Positions 47,527 through 49,425 of a stretch of DNA of 49,425 nt are shown in pieces (positions within the stretch are counted from its first letter, which is position 1; every line of letters begins with the position of its first letter). Where the stretch lies: assembly GCA_033442325.1 (NCBI GenBank), contig JAWQFM010000019.1, positions 144,952 to 194,376 of the forward strand, read 5' to 3'. The position numbers and the translations under genes were made by a program. The notes under the pieces are model-generated. The model did no database searches, had not been told where the DNA came from, and was given only the letters and a program-made list of their open reading frames with translations. The stretch comes from Salpingoeca rosetta. Taxonomy: Eukaryota > Protista > Choanoflagellata.

Positions 47527-48061
47527 GCTCTCTCTCGCTCTCTGTATCAGTGCCTGTGCCTCTGCGAGCGTCGTATGCTCGCCCATTTCAATGATGACCC
47601 TGACGCCGACTGACACGCGACCGTATTGTCCACTGTAGGATTTGGAAGACATTGACATTGGGAAGCTGGAACAAGAGTGGGATATTGAGGACGACTTGGA
47701 GGATGACCTGCTGCACCGCAAGCCCGCAATGCCGGACATCCAGCCAGGCGGCAAAATCTCCGACGAGGTGTGTGCACACACGTGAATGTGCGTGCTTGGG
47801 GAGGGGAAGGGGGTGGAGAAATGGACACGTACGAGCTGTACCACGCTGCCCTCCTCTTGAACTCAACCCCATGTGCTCGGGTGTACTGACAGGCCATTCA
47901 ACAACTGCTCGGGACCCAAAATGCGGGCAAGCCCGTGATGATGTTTGTGACCATGGAGGATGACGACCGCGAAAAGAACGAGGAACTGGCAGAGTGAGTT
48001 GTATGCATGTGTGTGTGTTTGTACATGTGTGTGTGTGTGTGTACATGTGTGTTTACAAGTC

Positions 48062-48104
<43 letters not shown>

Positions 48105-48582
48105 ATGTGTGTTTACATGTGTGCGTGTGTGTCTACCTGTCTGTCATCCACGCAACTTTGCTGTCCAGTTTTCCTTGCTGGTCCTCTGTTTTTTCCTGCT
48201 CGGTGTTTGATGTCGACATGCTCGCTGCAGCGTTATCTCACAAACTTACTCCCTCTTCTCCACACCCGCCATGGCAGGATGTATGTGGCGAGCCTGAAGA
48301 ACAACCACATGCCTGTCAAGTCGTTCTTCATCGAGGACGATCACTTTGGGCTCATTGTCGACGACGGCAAGTTTACCAACAACGTCATTGACTTTCTCAA
48401 GCGGCAAGATGAGGTGGCCCAGGTCAGCCTGGACCAGAAGGACATGCTGCCTCCGCACCCAAAGACAGAGTACGTGCATGCAGTATTGGGACGCCTTGTC
48501 ACTCGGGTTGCTGTTGTGACGGTTGCTGTTGTCGCGGTTGTTGTCGCTGCTTCCCATGCAGCCGCTGTCTTTGTCTTGTCTG

Positions 48583-48630
<48 letters not shown>

Positions 48631-48909
48631 GTGTCTGCCTATCTGTCTGTACTCCTCTGCCTCTGTGCCTTGGTCTTGCTGCCCTTTGCTCTCGCCACCC
48701 CACGTACTGCTACTGTTTTGTTCCCTCCACCACCACGTCCTCCTCACCCCTTACCTGCCATGTCCCACAGTGCGCAGAAGCAGCAGCGGGAGAAGGAGAA
48801 ACAAGAGAAGAAGGAGAAGCTTGAGAAGTTGAAGGCGCTGCACAAGAAGAAGCAGAAGCTCGCAAAGAAGAAGCGGCGTAAAGCCCGCAAGGCAAAGGAC
48901 GACCTGTAG
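47011..48909 (+). CDS. MESD: MESD/Boca-like ER chaperone for LDLR/LRP beta-propellers; part of the gene lies in the gap 47097-47196
   Basis: Signal peptide MRLSAATV...LALVAMV. DIDIGKLEQEWDIEDDLE (cf. ADMARLLEQWEKDDDIE), GKPVMMFVTM (cf. GKTLMMFVTV), SLKNNHMPVKSFFIEDDH...DDG...VIDFLKRQD...VSLD. Lys-rich tail ending in the ER-retention signal KDDL*. Confidence 0.88.
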
Positions 48910-49272
48910 TACACACACACACACGCACGCACGCACACACACATGCACACACATGCACACACACACACATGCACACACACATGCACACACACACACACAC
49001 GCTGTTTGCGCTCCATATGCTTGGTTGCTGCTGCCTTGAATGAGAGAGGGGGATGGACGTGTTTGTTACAGCGAAGGAGTTGAGAAGAGTAAAGAGGCAG
49101 TGATGCGATGCTTGCGGTGACATGACAGCTGTCAAGTAAGCAAAGGAAGGAAGCGAGAAGCAAGCGTGACGAGAGAAGCATTCACACATCACAACAAATC
49201 TACACAACAACAACAACAACAGTGAACACAAAGCACACCACCATCCAATACAGCGGTGCACATCATCATACA

Positions 49273-49332
49273 ATGTCGTCTCCCCCATCCGCAGTCGGCG
49301 AGGAGAAGCTCGTCAGCCAGGGTGCAGAGGCG
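49273..49332 (+). CDS. TP53RK: First exon of the KEOPS kinase Bud32/TP53RK (partial; gene continues beyond the window)
   Basis: MSSPPSAVGEEKLVSQGAEA followed by a GT donor. LVxQGAEA is the characteristic Bud32/PRPK N-terminal motif. Only 20 aa are visible. Confidence 0.6.
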
Positions 49333-49376
49333 GTCAGTGTCTGTCTGCCCTGTGTGTGTGTGTGTGTCTGTCTGTC

Positions 49377-49425
<49 letters not shown>

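Overview
Gene-dense, intron-rich eukaryotic DNA whose introns are full of (GT)n/(CA)n/(TCAC)n microsatellites. The style and gene content suggest a choanoflagellate, probably Salpingoeca rosetta (inference). There are four N-gaps. Hand-splicing at GT-AG sites with phase checks gives about 15 genes: GLMP/NCU-G1-like (+), class II eIF4E (-), intronless glucose-6-phosphate 1-epimerase (+), WW-CUE protein (+), dual-specificity phosphatase (-), Abraxas/FAM175-like MPN protein (+), EFHB-like (+), saposin-B fused purple acid phosphatase (-), MO25/CAB39 (+), PP2C (-), 3'-truncated monoacylglycerol-lipase-like hydrolase (+), 3'-truncated Testin/PET-LIM gene with a tandemly duplicated exon pair (-), an LRR-coiled coil-TKL kinase-PARP-type ADP-ribosyltransferase fusion of about 1250 aa (-), MESD (+), and the first exon of TP53RK/Bud32 (+). 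The strongest candidate for a new system is the LRR-kinase-ART protein, which looks like a single-chain sensor-kinase-effector. Most ORFs in the supplied track are microsatellite artefacts. All homology calls come from motif recognition by eye; no searches were run.
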